From: Octopus vulgaris
Lineage: Eukaryota
DNA: 64,000 bases
Assembly: GCA_951406725.2 (NCBI GenBank)
Contig: OX597820.1
Coordinates: forward strand, 53,134,001 to 53,198,000
Direction of reading: 5' to 3'
Every line of letters starts with the position of its first letter. Position 1 is the first letter of the stretch. The notes beneath the pieces are model-generated. The model did no database searches. It was not told the origin of the DNA and saw only the letters and a list, made by a program, of their open reading frames with translations. Made by a program: the position numbers and the translations under genes. Positions 13,201 to 27,179 of this stretch are shown piece after piece.

Positions 13201-13872
13201 TTATTGTTGTTGTTGTAGTAGTTGTTGTTGCGGTTGCCGGTGTTGTTGTTGCTGCTAGTGTTGTATTCATTGTCGATGTTGTTATACTGTTGTTGTAGTT
13301 GTTATTGTTACTGCTGCTGTTGTTGTTGTTTTGTTGTTCTTCTTCATATGGGTGTTGATGGTCTTGACTGTGGTGCTGGTGTTGGTGATACTGTGGTGTG
13401 TATTTTTATTTGCGTGCGGGGTATTGTGGTCGTTATTGATATTATAGACACTATTGTTGTTATTATCATTGCTATTATTGTTGTTATTGTTATTGCTTTG
13501 GTTTCGTAATTTGTGTTGTTGTTCTGGTTTGTTGTTCTAGTTTTGTATGTCTGTGTTGTTATTATAGTTATTTATGTGAAGGATGTTGTGGTGATTTTTT
13601 ACTTTTGTTGTCACTAACATTGCTATTGTTGCTGTTTTGGTTTCGTATGTTTGTGTTGATGTTATATTGTCCTAACCTCCATCTTATTTTCAAGAATATC
13701 TTTCCAATATCAAACAATCAATTTTACACACCTTACATGTAACGAATTTCGGTTGTAACTCTAAAGCATGCACTTCATCCGTATCTAGCTGTACTACGCC
13801 GTATATTCAGAAGCGTAATTGCTGCTCTTCGTGTATGTATATATATATATAAATATATATTCCTTTTCCTAT

Positions 13873-13907
13873 GTTTCTGACGAAGAGCTCCGCTCGAAAC
13901 GTTAAAC
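13873..13907 (+). ncRNA. Minimal type I hammerhead motif in a short pLTR-like repeat (about 13860-14008)
   Basis: GTTT-CTGACGA-A-GAGC tcc GCTC-GAAAC-GTT-AAAC. Helix I GTTT/AAAC, helix II GAGC/GCTC, palindromic AACGTT in place of helix III. Confidence 0.72.
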
Positions 13908-14004
13908 CCTCCTTCTTTCCTTCTTTCCTGAGCGTCCAATTATACTATACTTGTTCCACGTCATCGCGTTGTTGTGTTTTCTCTTTGTGTTTTCATGTTT
14001 TGAT

Positions 14005-14057
<53 letters not shown>

Positions 14058-14197
14058 ATATATATACATTTATATACATATATATACATATATATATATA
14101 CATACATACACACATATATATGCACGTGTAGTTTCAGTCATTATAATGTGACCATGCAGTGGCGCCACCTTAAAGAATTGGAGTCGGAGTTATCGAC

Positions 14198-14244
<47 letters not shown>

Positions 14245-14361
14245 GTATATATATTTATATAAATTGATGCACACATACAAGCGGCATACAGGATTGGGAG
14301 ACAAATAAACATACATAATACATGCATGCATATATACATACACACGCAAACACACACACAC

Positions 14362-14523
14362 ATGACGATCTTCTTTCAGTTTTCGTCTACCAAATCCGCT
14401 GACAAAGTCTTGGTCAGCCCGAAGCTATAGTAGAAGAACTTGCTCAAGGTGCCATGCAGTGGGACTGAACCTAGAACCATGTGGTTGGGAAGCAAGCTTC
14501 TTACCACACAGTGACGCCAGTGT
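14362..14523 (-). mobile_element. SINE family A, 5' part
   Basis: Reverse complement of the family A head and core (CTTACCACACAG, GGGACTGAACC, CCAAATCC). Confidence 0.85.
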
Positions 14524-14837
14524 CTAACACACAAAAAAATATTTATTCTTATGGAGACTGAAAATCATGACAAAGACGATTTTTCATCCTCCGTTCGTAG
14601 TAAGAACAGAACTCTGATGTAACATGTATAATAAACCTTGTACGTACCTACAGCCAGATTGCGTGGACTAATAACAGTTATGTGCCCCAGCCTTGAACAA
14701 AACTTAACATAGGCGACAGGATATAAATCTTCGATAATCTAACCGCTCGATTGTCAACAGTTCAGCGTGTGAATGTAAATATATGAGAACCATTCACACT
14801 CTTCTCATTATCATCTTCCCTCACTTCTTTCTTCATG

Positions 14838-14902
<65 letters not shown>

Positions 14903-14942
14903 TGTCTTTCCTCTTCCTCCGTTTGCTGTGTTTCCATTACAT

Positions 14943-14989
<47 letters not shown>

Positions 14990-17244
14990 CATACTTATTT
15001 ATCATTTAAATGGCATAGACTTCATCTCGTGTTGCTAAGAACAGTTGGGGGATGAGAAGAAGGTCAGTGGTTCGCTAACGGGGTGGCGCTTGGATGAGCG
15101 AGTGCTGAGTGGAGTAGGTTATGGTGGAATGATAAATGTTGTTTTGTTGCAGTATGTATTGGTGTTTTAATAAGAAAATGGCCATATGGTGTGATTTCAG
15201 GAAACATATGGTGTCTGCCATCACACCAAGTCTGAACACGTGAATAATGGGAGGATACGGCACTCTAATACATTGTCAGCCAATTATTCCTTCAGCACTC
15301 ATATTCTCTCTTATATAACATCTCTCTATGTCTTCCCATTCTGTTTGCTTTTCTTTCATGCTTTCTAGATCTAATTCTTTTGTTTTTTTCTTCCTGGTTC
15401 CGATTATAATATATCTCGTTCCTTTGCATTTTCTTCTCTGCATTCTCTCTCACTTTCAAATAATCTTTTTCTTTTGTTCTTCTTTAGATTTCATACCTGT
15501 TTCTCGTTCTTTCATTCTTTTCAACTTGCTTTAATATCTATTTATTTCCTCCTTTTTGCCTCCATCGCCCCTGCCGTCTCCTTATTTTTTTCTACATCTG
15601 TTCCTCTTCCTCCTCTTCTCCTCCTTCCTCTCCTCGTCCTCATCCTCCTATTTTTCTTCTTCTCGTTCTGTATTTTCTCTCATTCTCTCCCTTTCTCTCT
15701 GTGCACTTTATTTGTACCTTCGTTTCTTCGTTTCGTCTCAATTAATCTTTCATTCTCTACTCCTTCCCTATTCTCGCTCTTATTTCTCTCTCTCTCTCAC
15801 CCTTACTCTCTTTCTCTCTCTCTGTTTTTCTCTGTCTTTCTCACTCCTCCTCTGTCTTTGTCCTTTTCCCTCCTCCTCTGTCATTGTCTTTCTCATTCTC
15901 TCTCTCACTCCTTCTTTCTCCCTACCCCCATATTTCGTTTCTCGTGTCCTTCTGTCCCACGTCAGCCCTGAACAAACAGAGCAATTGTGAAAGGCGTTCC
16001 AGCGATGGCTTACACAACATTCATCATTCTGGTTCTTTCTATTTTAGGATGGTGGTAGAATGAATATTGAAGGATATTTTGCAACTAATTTTAGTAGGTC
16101 GAGTGACTTATATATCTCCTGTTGTATGATAATTTGTACTACACTGGACTATATTGAATAATCAGTGATATGCTATGGTATATTATAGTGTCGTATGGCG
16201 TATTGTGATTTGATTGTAGTCTAATATAGTATTTCGTTGAATAGATTTTGTTGCTGCTTCTGCAGTTGTAGTAGTTGTTGTTATGCCTCGAGTATTCTCT
16301 GATTAGGCATCCCTCTGATCCCAGCAAAGATTATCCAATCCTTTTAGGAACATACAGGACCATATTATCCAACACCTTACTTCTTTTCTGAAACCGAAAT
16401 TTGAATAGGATTACAAAGAGATTCTATTGCTATTTCTTGTACCACGTGTAGCCGCACAGTGGCTCCATCGTTGGCGCGAAGTGGGTAATTAATATTACAT
16501 GGTATGGCATCCTATGACAAGGTAGAGCATGATATAATGCGATGGGGCATAGTATCGTGTGATAGGATTTAATATGGCCAGATGTGACAAATATGTGATA
16601 TTGCATGGTATGGTATGGTATGATAACGTATCGTTTATACCAGCACGATGTCATGTGGCATAATATAGTAGTTATATATCTTACTCTGTTATGAGTATGG
16701 AAAGGAATGGTGTAGTGAGGTGTAATATATTGTCGTTGTATCAGGTACAGTATTGAAGTACGTTGTAGTTCACTGTTCTACAATAAACTAACGGTATTCT
16801 ATAGCATACTGTGTAGTATATGAGCACATGGCTGTGTAGTCAAGACGGTGTTCCTTCAGTATTCACGAGCTTCATTCAGTAAATATTTTCTTCCTTAGCC
16901 TTAGGTCGTCTAAAGGTTGTGGATGGAATTGAACAGACTAAAACTATATTGCTTGAAAAAGGCTAGCTTCTTTACACACCGTTTCACCCTTTATCCGCCT
17001 AAAGATTACGTTAACGGAGAGATGCATGCGGAGTAGTCAGTCTTTTACACTGTATAATGAATAGGTAATTCTGTTTATACAAGCGAAATACTTGTTAGTA
17101 GATATCAACGCGAAAGCCCTTGCTGCTGTTTAGCTCAGGTCAGAGATCGGACGTAATTGTTTAGAGATGATCAAAGGAATTCCAGCCGTGGCCTTCCCGT
17201 ATTTTCCCCTGTGTAGGGAACCCCATACACCATATACGAACATG

Positions 17245-17550
17245 CAGGGCCGGATTAAGACATATCGAGGCCATAAGCACTTAAAAGATTATGTAATCCA
17301 AAATATTTAACAATAACGAAACCATAAAATACATTTTTATTTTCCGATACGAAACAGAACAACAAGAGAGAAAATAATGTTTATTTTTGTATACTTCCCC
17401 TTTATTTATATTTGGAAAGTTTCCTCCTACATTTTTGAATTGCAGTCTTTGATCAGATCCTCAAACTTAATTTTAGGTAACACATCCGTATCTAACTTAG
17501 TAGAGATAAAGGCATCCCGAATATTATATTAGCAAGTTTAAAGTGATTTC
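17245..17550 (-). mobile_element. hAT DNA transposon 3'-end relic
   Basis: TIR-like CAGGGCCGGATT at 17245. Minus-strand peptide LSLLS/LDTDVLPKIKFEDLIKD resembles the end of the hAT C-terminal dimerisation domain. Confidence 0.5.
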
Positions 17551-18399
17551 TTTTGTGCCGTATACTATTTACCATTCTTGCGGTGCCCCTTTCTTCCATT
17601 GATGCCCTCAGCACGTGCTTATTTTGTTTAATGGTTAACCCAGCGCTGCGTATATGGCTTTCTTTTAAGACTATAGCCATGTGGTTGAGTGTTGCAATAT
17701 CAGGTTGCAACATGCGCTTTGCAATTGTTGTTCAACCGTAAGAGAGCTCTTACCGAGAATACATTTGACCACAGGCGTTCCAGCTATGACCACACTTACC
17801 TCTTTGATTTTGTTTTTTTCCTTCAATTTTTTTTATATTGCAAGGTTTTCTCCCTTTTTAAGACATTAGAGATTTCAGTGAGTTTTAGCATGTTTAGTAT
17901 GCATTCGTGTGTTTATTGTTGTTCCTTAATTGTAGGTCAACCATTACTTAGGACTACATTACGAAATGTATCTGTCGTGTTTTTCTTTTAATGGTAGCAG
18001 GATGTGCTTTGAAGTTGATTTGGCTAATAGATGTTCCTATGTAAATGTGATGGCTTCATATTGCTGTCGAGGAAGATAAGTGTGGTGGCTCAGTACTAAT
18101 GGGGTTACATGTGGTTGAATAGTGTTAATGTTGGTAATTAAAGGTTAGTATTAGTGATAGAATATCCTTATTATTTCATCCAAGTTCACATCCGATTAAG
18201 CAGGTTTCACAGCAAAGACGTCCCAATCGTGACTATCCGTTCAATGTTTAACAGAAATTATATTGTCAAATGTGTCCTTTAACATTTGGCATGGCTCGTT
18301 GAGTCATGTCGAATTTCGTTGCTGTTTTCAGCAAATCGAGTGACCATATAGAGGCACCCTTGTTGCATGGAGCTGGTAGTGAATTTTGTGGCTGTTGTG

Positions 18400-19135
18400 T
18401 CGTCATAGTGATGGTAGTAATGGTGTGACTATGGGTGTTTGTAATGGATGTAGGAGTGGGTAGTGTTGATATCAGTGATGCTGGAGATGGCGGGGGGGGG
18501 GGCGCTGATGATGTTGATATTCGAGGTGGTGACGGTGGAGGAAGCAGTGATGGTAATGATGGCGGTTGTGGTAGTAGTGGTTTTTATGGTGGTGGTGGTG
18601 GTGGTCGGCGTCGTCGTGTTTTTTGTTATGATGGGTGGGGTGGTGGTTGCGATTTTGGCAGTGGTGGCTGTGGCAGTGGTTGTGGTAGTGGCAGTGGTTG
18701 TGGTAATGGTTGTGGTAGTGGTGGTGATGATGGTGGTGATGGTGGTAGTGGTGGTGATAGTGTTGGGGGTTGTTGTGGTAGTGGTGAAGGTTGTAGTGGT
18801 GAAGGTTGTAGTGGTGGGGGTGTGGTGGGTGAGTGGGGGTTGGGGGTGGGGGTGATATTGGGAGGGTTATAGTGGTAATGGTTATGCCGGTAGTGTTACG
18901 AATTGTGGTGTTCATTTTAGCGCTGGCATTAATTGTGACATGAGCAGTAGAGGCATTGATTATTAGTACCAGAGGCTGAAATAGTACTGAGAGGAGGTGA
19001 TGTGTCATTGAGAGTGGTGGAGGCAGCGGTGGCGGCGGCGGCGGTGGTGATGGCGGTGGTGGTGGTAGTGGTGGTTGTGTTGGTTGTAGTGATGTTTGTT
19101 ATAATAATGCTGATGTTGATGGCGATGGATGATGT
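18400..19135. repeat. Degenerate (GGT/GTA/GAT)n low-complexity tract
   Basis: Direct reading. It gives poly-G, poly-V and poly-H pseudo-ORFs. Confidence 0.9.
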
Positions 19136-19612
19136 GACATTCTTAGAATTTTTTTCATTACTTTTTTCATTAATTACATCCGCAGAAAGAGATTGTATGC
19201 ATGACCTTTTGCAACCCCCCACGAGTCTAGTGAAATCGAAGCCGTCACCATTCCGATTAAACTGTTGCAAGTCGATGACTGCAAGGAAAAAATACGAGTA
19301 AGGAGGGAATTCCTCAATGCCGATGTCCAGGGAAAAATAAAAAGTATTTGGTATTATCGTTAGAGGAAGGAGTGGGGAAAAAGGAAAGAAGAGTGAGTTG
19401 AGCGTAACTCAGTGGAGATGACATGAGAAGAGCCAAATCAGAAAAGCAGGAGCCAACGTAATAATGAGAGATAGGGAAGGAGTATGCGAAGAGAGTGAGA
19501 AAGACAGAGAGAGAAAGAGAGTATGTTTGTAGGTCAGTGGCTGGAATAGTGTCTGTTGAACGATTTCATGCTAAGAAACGCAGTACCAAGGTTTCTATGC
19601 GCATGCGCTTGT

Positions 19613-19714
<102 letters not shown>

Positions 19715-19777
19715 TATAGATTGATAGGCAGACATACATACAGACAGACAGATAGACAGATAGACAGACAGACAGAC

Positions 19778-19863
<86 letters not shown>

Positions 19864-21270
19864 GTGGAAGACAGAGAGATGAGCGAAAGAGAAATAGTTA
19901 AAGAGAGATATATGTATATAGTGGGATAGACAATGTGTGGATGTGGTTGTTTATGATAAGGAAAATAAGTGATACAGATATAAAGTATCAGAGATTGAGC
20001 ATGCGCGTGCATGAGTATCAAACAGGGAGAGAGAAAGAAAGAGAGAAGAGAGAGGAAGAGAGAGTAAGTGAGGGACAGAGAGATGAGAGAAAGATGAGAA
20101 AAAGGATGTGTGTGCGTGTCTGTGTCAGTGTTTGCGTTTGTGTTTGTGTGTGCATATGTGTACACGTATTTGTGCGTAGGATGTGGTTGTGGATGTATAA
20201 CTGTTCAAAAGAGAATGAGGAGTTTGTGTGTGTGTATGTATGTGTGTGTGTATGTATGTGTGTGTGTATGTATGTGTGTGTGTGTGAAAGAAAGAGAGAG
20301 AGAATGTTCTGATTCAGTTTATATAACTCTTAGGAAAGGAAGAAATTTGTGCGTGTTTGTGTGATTGTGAAACTGGATGTGTGCACCTGTGTGACAGCTT
20401 GTGTGTGTACATGTAGGTTCTAATTGCGACGATATAACTGTTAAAAAGATAAGTGTGTGTGTGTGTGTGTGTGTGCGTGTGTGTGTGTGAGAGAGAGAGA
20501 GAGAATATATGTCTGAGTCTGTAACGTCAGTGTGTGTGAGCGCGTGTGTGTGTGTGTGTGTGTGTGTGTGTATTTGTCTGAGTCTGTGTGTGAATGTATG
20601 TAAGCGCGTGTGTATGTGTGTGAGATAGTATGTGCGTGAGTCTGTTCGTGAATGTGTGTGCGTGCGCACGTCCTTGCGCGCATGCGTGCGTCAATGTGCT
20701 TGAGAGAGAAAAGAGAAAAAGACATTGTGTGTGTGAAAGCCATATTCTTTCTGTGCATGCGTGTAGGTTTTGACTAGAGAGAGAGACAGAGAGACAGAGA
20801 GAAGTGTGTCTATCAGTGTGTGAATATGCATATGTGTTCGTGTATGTGCGTGTGTGTTAGTGTGTGTTAGTGTGTGTTAGTGTGTGTATGCGTGCGAGCA
20901 CTTGTGTATGCGCACGTTCGCCTGTGTTATTTGATAATTCAGCTTAGAAAACCCACGACGGCCATTCTGAAGTCATTGCGAATTAAGGAATATTTAACAC
21001 GTAATATTGACCTTAAACTACTACCCCGACCCATTTCCTGACAACTACCTACGGGCATCAGAAAATCAATCTTCATTTCATTACGTTAAATTTCACTAAT
21101 TTGAACTTTAATTAAATCCTAACTTTGCACTTCCTCTCATTAAGCCGTTTCTTGTTTTATTATTTTTGCTGTTGTTAAAGGGTGATTTTCTCATCGTTTG
21201 TCACGGTCGTTCTTATTGCTGTTTTTGTTGTGATGACTGTTGCTGCTGCTGCTGCTGGTGATGGTGATGA

Positions 21271-21304
<34 letters not shown>

Positions 21305-21501
21305 GATGGTTTTGGTGATGTTTAAACAGATTTTGTTGCTCAAATGGAGAGAAAATATCCTTAATTATAATGAAACCGATCCCTGTTAACAACACCACTA
21401 ATCCATTTTCCCCGCCTACTCCTCCTACAGCTAACACTACCACGACGGTGACGATGTACACGCACGCACACACATATACATATACATAAACATATATACA
21501 C

Positions 21502-21549
<48 letters not shown>

Positions 21550-22518
21550 GTATATAAATATGTATATGTGAGTGTGTGTGTATGCATGCGAACGTGAGAT
21601 TTCAAAGAGCCAGAGTAAAAGAGAGAGAGCTTTATTAGCCATTTGTTTGTCGTGTGTATGTTTATCTGTGTATGCGTGTATGTGTGTGTGGGGAAGCGTG
21701 TGTGTGTAGAGTTTTAATAGTTTGGTTAATGTTGAGCTTTTCTTATTTCCAGCTAAGAACTGGTTAGTATACAAAGCGAATATAACTCGTTTTATGCCAA
21801 GAGTATAGAAAAATTTAACTGATCTTTTGGTTCAACATGTACGCTTCATTTACGGTTAAAACGTTAGAGTAAGGAAGTGAACTAACACGCCATGGAGCAT
21901 TGGTTGCAATTCCTTAGTTAATGGCATAGGAAAAGAAAGGTTGCAAACAAGTGATTGAATTAATAGGTAAATATTCCATTGTATTTGGTCGACATATTGA
22001 ATAGATGTTATTGCTTGCAATTGATTGGTGTTTAGTATAGTGGTTGGTTTTTATATTGTAGAAGTGAATATGCGATGCTCCAGCACGAGCGCAGTCAAAT
22101 GACTGAAACAAGGAAAAGAATAAAAGAATACAATATAATAGAAGAGAGACTGTTTTATTTTTCATTCGTCCCTGTCGTTAGATTGTTGTCGTGCCGGGCC
22201 ATCGCCATGAAAGGTTTAGTTGAACAAATTGACATTAGCACATAGTTTTTAAATCTGATATTTAGTCTATCGGTTGCTTATGTCGAACTGCTAATGTTAC
22301 AGGGACGTAAAACGGTTGTCACGCAGGTATGTCGGTGTGTGGGACAGAGAAAGGCATGCACTCGTTGATATATATATATATATATATATAACTTATAATA
22401 TAAGGGCAAAAGAAAAATTCTAATGCCAGATATGTCGAAAATAGACAAAATTGTCAATAACCATTATAATTTATGCGTCTCGAAACAAGCCGATAGAAAT
22501 TTCTAAAAAATTCTGTTA

Positions 22519-22579
22519 TTACCGTATTGGTCCCAATTTCAGAGTTAATTCATAAGAATTTTCTCTTCCTCAGCGATAA
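22519..22579 (-). ncRNA. Canonical type I hammerhead ribozyme
   Basis: Minus strand TTATCG-CTGAGGA-AGAG aa AATTC ttat GAATT aa CTCT-GAA-ATTG ggac CAAT-A-CGGTAA. All core nucleotides and three helices are present, with an AUA cleavage triplet. Confidence 0.85.
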
Positions 22580-23692
22580 ATATGTAGTACATAAATGAAA
22601 TACTTACTCATACTCATGGAAAAAGCAAGCACTAAATCCTGAGCAGACCTAAATACCCCAAATATATCCAAAATAGAAAATCTTCAGCACATCTCGAGAC
22701 ACGTGTGATTCGAACTAGAAACTTTCACAGAGTGAGAGAGTCCGGAAATGTGAATTTACATCTAATGTAGGATAATATTTTTTCGAAAAAAAATTTATCA
22801 ATGGCCAGCATATTAAAGAATACCTTTTTTTAATATGGTATGAATTAGCGTATAGGAGCATACACACGTAACATAATTTTCAGGTAGAATCAACGAACAG
22901 AGTATAAGATAAGGCTGGATCATTAATTAACAGGAACAATCCTTCTGATGACTTCCATACAGTTTCCGCTCATCTATTCTCATTGAAAAGAGCTGAGTCG
23001 ACCCATGGCTACAGAAAAATGATACTTCTCCAAGATGCTGCGCATCTGCGATTTGGGACCGAAACCTCGTGATTGCAAAGATAGCTTCACAACAGGCCAT
23101 ATTATGTATTATGCTTATATACATATATATATACATATACATACATATATGTGTGTGGGGGGGGGGGGTGAATGTATGTGTGTATATGAGGGAGAGAGAG
23201 ATAAAGAAATGGAGGGAGAGAGGGAGAGAAACATATATATACACACACACATTAGGGTGTATATGTGATTATATAAATGTGTTTTGTATGTCATGAATAG
23301 CAGAGTTTCTTATATATGAGTGTGAGATAATATGTATACAACTGTATGTATATGTATACGCACACACATATATTTACACATGTACATCTAAGAGACAGTT
23401 TAGAAGTTTAAATGTTTCGATTACTTTAGATCACCGTATTTATCTTGTGAGCAGATTCTATTATTTCGTTGTTTTAAGTGTTTATTTTCCTTATTTGAAT
23501 AATATGTCGAATTATTTCTTCCACTGTTGCCTTACGTTTGCTTCCAAAGATTGATCGCTCTCTTTTAGTTCTGAACATACATTTCAGGCATTAAAATGTT
23601 TGTCTCTTATCATACATACATACATACATACATACATACATACATACATACAAACATACATACATACATACATACATACATACATACATACA

Positions 23693-23726
<34 letters not shown>

Positions 23727-25001
23727 CATGCTTGCATACATAGAATGAATGCTATTTGTCATGTGGTCATTTAGAGAATCAGAGATATTTGACTGTTTGC
23801 GCCTACTTCGCATCGAATCAATCCACATTTCAGCATCTGCATAATGTAATTAATGCTATTCTATTCGCCCTATACTATGGAGGACAGCCTTTAGAATGAT
23901 TGCTTCAACATCAAACTAGTCAACAAACCTTCGCTCTCCTGAAATTAAACAAACAGATATCCGTTGAGATGTTTAAGGAAATTACTTTGACATAAATAAG
24001 TAGGTAAGACAATATAGTCCAAAGAATAATTTCTTTATGAGAGTTCTTCTTCAATCATTTTGAATAAGGAAGCTACGTCATTTCTATATAATGAAAAATA
24101 CAAAAACCTTAGTGATTTAAAAACTACACAACCTTTCATTGTTTCCTTTTGTTTCGGTTGTGGTTTAATCCGTTGCCTAGTTCAGCACTTTCATTCTGCC
24201 CTTGATGTAAGTATTCGGGCCCCCTTGATGTAAGTATTCGAGCCAGGTTTGTGGCTCGTTAATATTTTTCTCTATCCCTTTCACAGTTTCTATGGGCCAT
24301 CGGAGCTGCTATTTGTTTCGAATAAACGAGCGTGTGTATATATTCATACTTAAATACAAACATACATGTGTGTGTGTATGTGTGTGTTTGTGTGTGCATG
24401 CGTGTGTGTGTGCGCGCGCGCGTGTGTTTCCTACGATTATTTCATAAGTGGTGCCGAATTTTACAATTTGTAAATAATAATACAAATAATATTAACTTTA
24501 TTTTTATAAGCTTAAAGCTTATAAGCGATCACCATGCATTGACTAAGTTAAATAGACTAATATTGGGGCACATAAGCCCTCGACGGAAAAAGAAGTAGGG
24601 TTTGCCGTACGCATGGGAACCTACACCTCTTTTTTATTCACAATAAGTGTGCTACCATTTACACTAAGTTCCTACTGCCAGATTTAAAAACTATTATTTC
24701 ATAGTGTTGTTTTTGTAACCAAACGTTCCATGTGCGTTTTTTACGAATTTTTAGTAAGCAGTACCGAATTTTACAACTTGTAAATAAAAATAATTGCAAA
24801 GTGGAAAGTGTTTATAAGCCGTCATAAAACACATAAAAACCGTTAGATTCACTTCAACATCTAAATTTAATTTGTCAGAATATTTTCGTCGCTTTGAAAC
24901 CGCGACCTGTTGTATCTGTCTGTGTGTATATGTGTATGAACATGTGAACGTATGTTTATGTACTGATATGTGTGTCTGTTCAAGTTGTACGTGGGACTTT
25001 T

Positions 25002-27100
25002 ACTCAGGCGAAGATTGTATAGCAAACGCAGTAATCTCAGTTCTGCATGGATTGATTGCAAAAAGCATTCGAAGCATACCGCATTGATGAATCTTGAAAT
25101 CACTGGATATCTTTAAAATTTCTCCTGTGGTTTCAAACTTCCTGTAGCACATGTCAATTTGGAATACGAACCTCCAATTTATACCACTATAAAAAAAAGT
25201 ACTAACCACAAAAACTATTAACATCATCTGCGGCATTTTCCAAGGTGACTCATTTCCACCTTTAATTTTCTGCATGGCCCTAATATTCCTTACAAGAGAA
25301 CTTAACAGAACCGGGTATGGATATAAAACTGGCGACAAGAAAATAAATCATCTGTTTTATATGGATGACTTAAAACTCTATGGCAAAGACGATAAGCTTG
25401 AAGGACTACTATTTACTGTAAAAGCCTTCAGGGATGACATTAGGATGGAATCTGGTCTTGATAAATGTGCCAAAGCCACATTCCAGAAAGAGAAATTGAA
25501 GACCGCACATTCAGTGGTGTTGGATGTTGTCACAATTATAAAAGAACTCGAGCAGAGACAGACTTAGAAATAGCTTGGAATAAATGAGGGCTCTGGTATT
25601 CAACATACAAGTTTGAAAGAGATGATCTGGAAGGAGTGTTACAGGAGTGTTCGATCAGTCGTCAAATCCGAGTTAAATGCACTTAACAAGGTGTCAGCTA
25701 TAAATTCCTCAGCAGTTCCGGTTGTTATTTACAGTTTCAATGTGTTGAACTGGAACATGAGCGAAATAAAGACGATTGACAGGAAAATCCGGAAGCTGCT
25801 GACTTGCAATAAGATGCAACACTCAAAGGTAAACGCATATGGTCTTTACCTACACAGATCTCAAGGAGGTCGAGGCTTGATCCAATTTGAAATGTCATAC
25901 AAAATCCAACCACCACAATTGGACTGGCAAAATATCTTGAAACATCTAGCGACTTCATGCTCAAGCTCATTGAAAACCATGAAAGACGTAACAAGCTTCA
26001 TTCTGTTATGAAGGAGAACAAAAAGTTTTCAAGTGAGTTTATACATAATACCTTGTTTGAACAGCAGGAACTGTTGTTGCAAAGAAGGTGAAATCAATAG
26101 CAAAGCAAAATGTGCTTGCACAATTGGCTGATATGTGGGAACAAAAATCTCTGCATGGCAAATATGTGGCCCGTAGCAAAAATAGCTGATGTAGACCAGA
26201 AGCACACTCATCAGTGACTACGGAGCTCAGGGCTAAAGGCAGAGAGTGAAATCTTTATTTTGGCTGCCTAAGATTAGAGCTCATTGACCCGGAGCTATCA
26301 AGCCAATGTGATGAAAAATTGCGTAGACATAAAATGCCGATGCTGCAATGATGGGATTGAAACGGTCGACCAACTAATCTCTAGATATAAAGTTTTAGCA
26401 CATGTAGAGTGCAAATCAAGACATGACAGAGTTGGCCAATATCTAAATTGGATAATGTGTCGGCATTATAAAATCAAAATTGCTGACAAATGATACAAGC
26501 ACCACCATGAGACTGTAACGTTGTGACATCCCAATATGTACAGACCGGACCATCAAGACAAATAAACCAGATATTGTTGTTAAAGACAAAAACAATAAAG
26601 TCTGCTTATTGATTGATATGAGCATACCCTGTGACTATAATAGAATTTGATAGGCTCAGAAAATATGAAGATTTGCTAATCGAAATATAAAAGATGTAGC
26701 ATCTCAAGACGGTTACAATACCTATCAATGTAGGAGAATTTGGAATGATTAGAAAAGGAACTAAAAATTATTTAAGAATTATTCCTGGCTTACCATTCAT
26801 GCAGGAAGTTTAAAGATTGTCTTAACTGGTACGACACACGTATTGAGAGGAGCATTGTCGCTTTGAATTTTCTTTCCTTTCCCCCTTTTTATTTTATTTG
26901 TTTACTTTTCAATTTTTTTAATTTTTTCCTTTTTCTCACTGTCTTCCCTTTTTTTTCTCTGTCACATGATTCTGCAAATAAACAATCTGATGTGTTTGTT
27001 TTAATGGCCTACCAATATATACAGTATGTTTCTCTGCTCTAAGTGTCAGGAAGGCATACGGCAAGAAACAGAAACAGAATTGACAGAAGATGCTAACGAA
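25002..27100 (+). mobile_element. R4/Dong-clade (REL endonuclease) non-LTR retrotransposon, 5'-truncated and decayed
   Basis: AWID, GIFQGDSFPPLIFCMAL, HLFYMDDLKLYG, GLDKC, GGRGL, zinc knuckle KCRCC...ETVDQL, RHD, KPDIVV, LLIDM, with many stops and frameshifts. Ends at (AAT)n 27101-27178, the known Dong target type. Confidence 0.9.

Positions 27101-27178
<78 letters not shown>

Positions 27179-27179
<1 letters not shown>

Noticed and set aside
18435-19008. Gly-rich and His-rich ORFs resembling structural or beak proteins
   Set aside because: The tract is a degenerate GGT/GTA repeat open in several frames on both strands, with no signal peptide or splice support.
21213-21605. Poly-His/poly-Gln ORF resembling a transcription-factor tail
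   Set aside because: It is built from (TGA/TGG/TGC)n and (TA)n microsatellites and has no recognisable domain.
24874-24912. Minus-strand GTCGC...GCGAC-GAAA-ATAT-TC-TGAC
   Set aside because: It resembles the 3' half of a hammerhead, but the CUGANGA half is absent in this copy, so it is not called as a feature.
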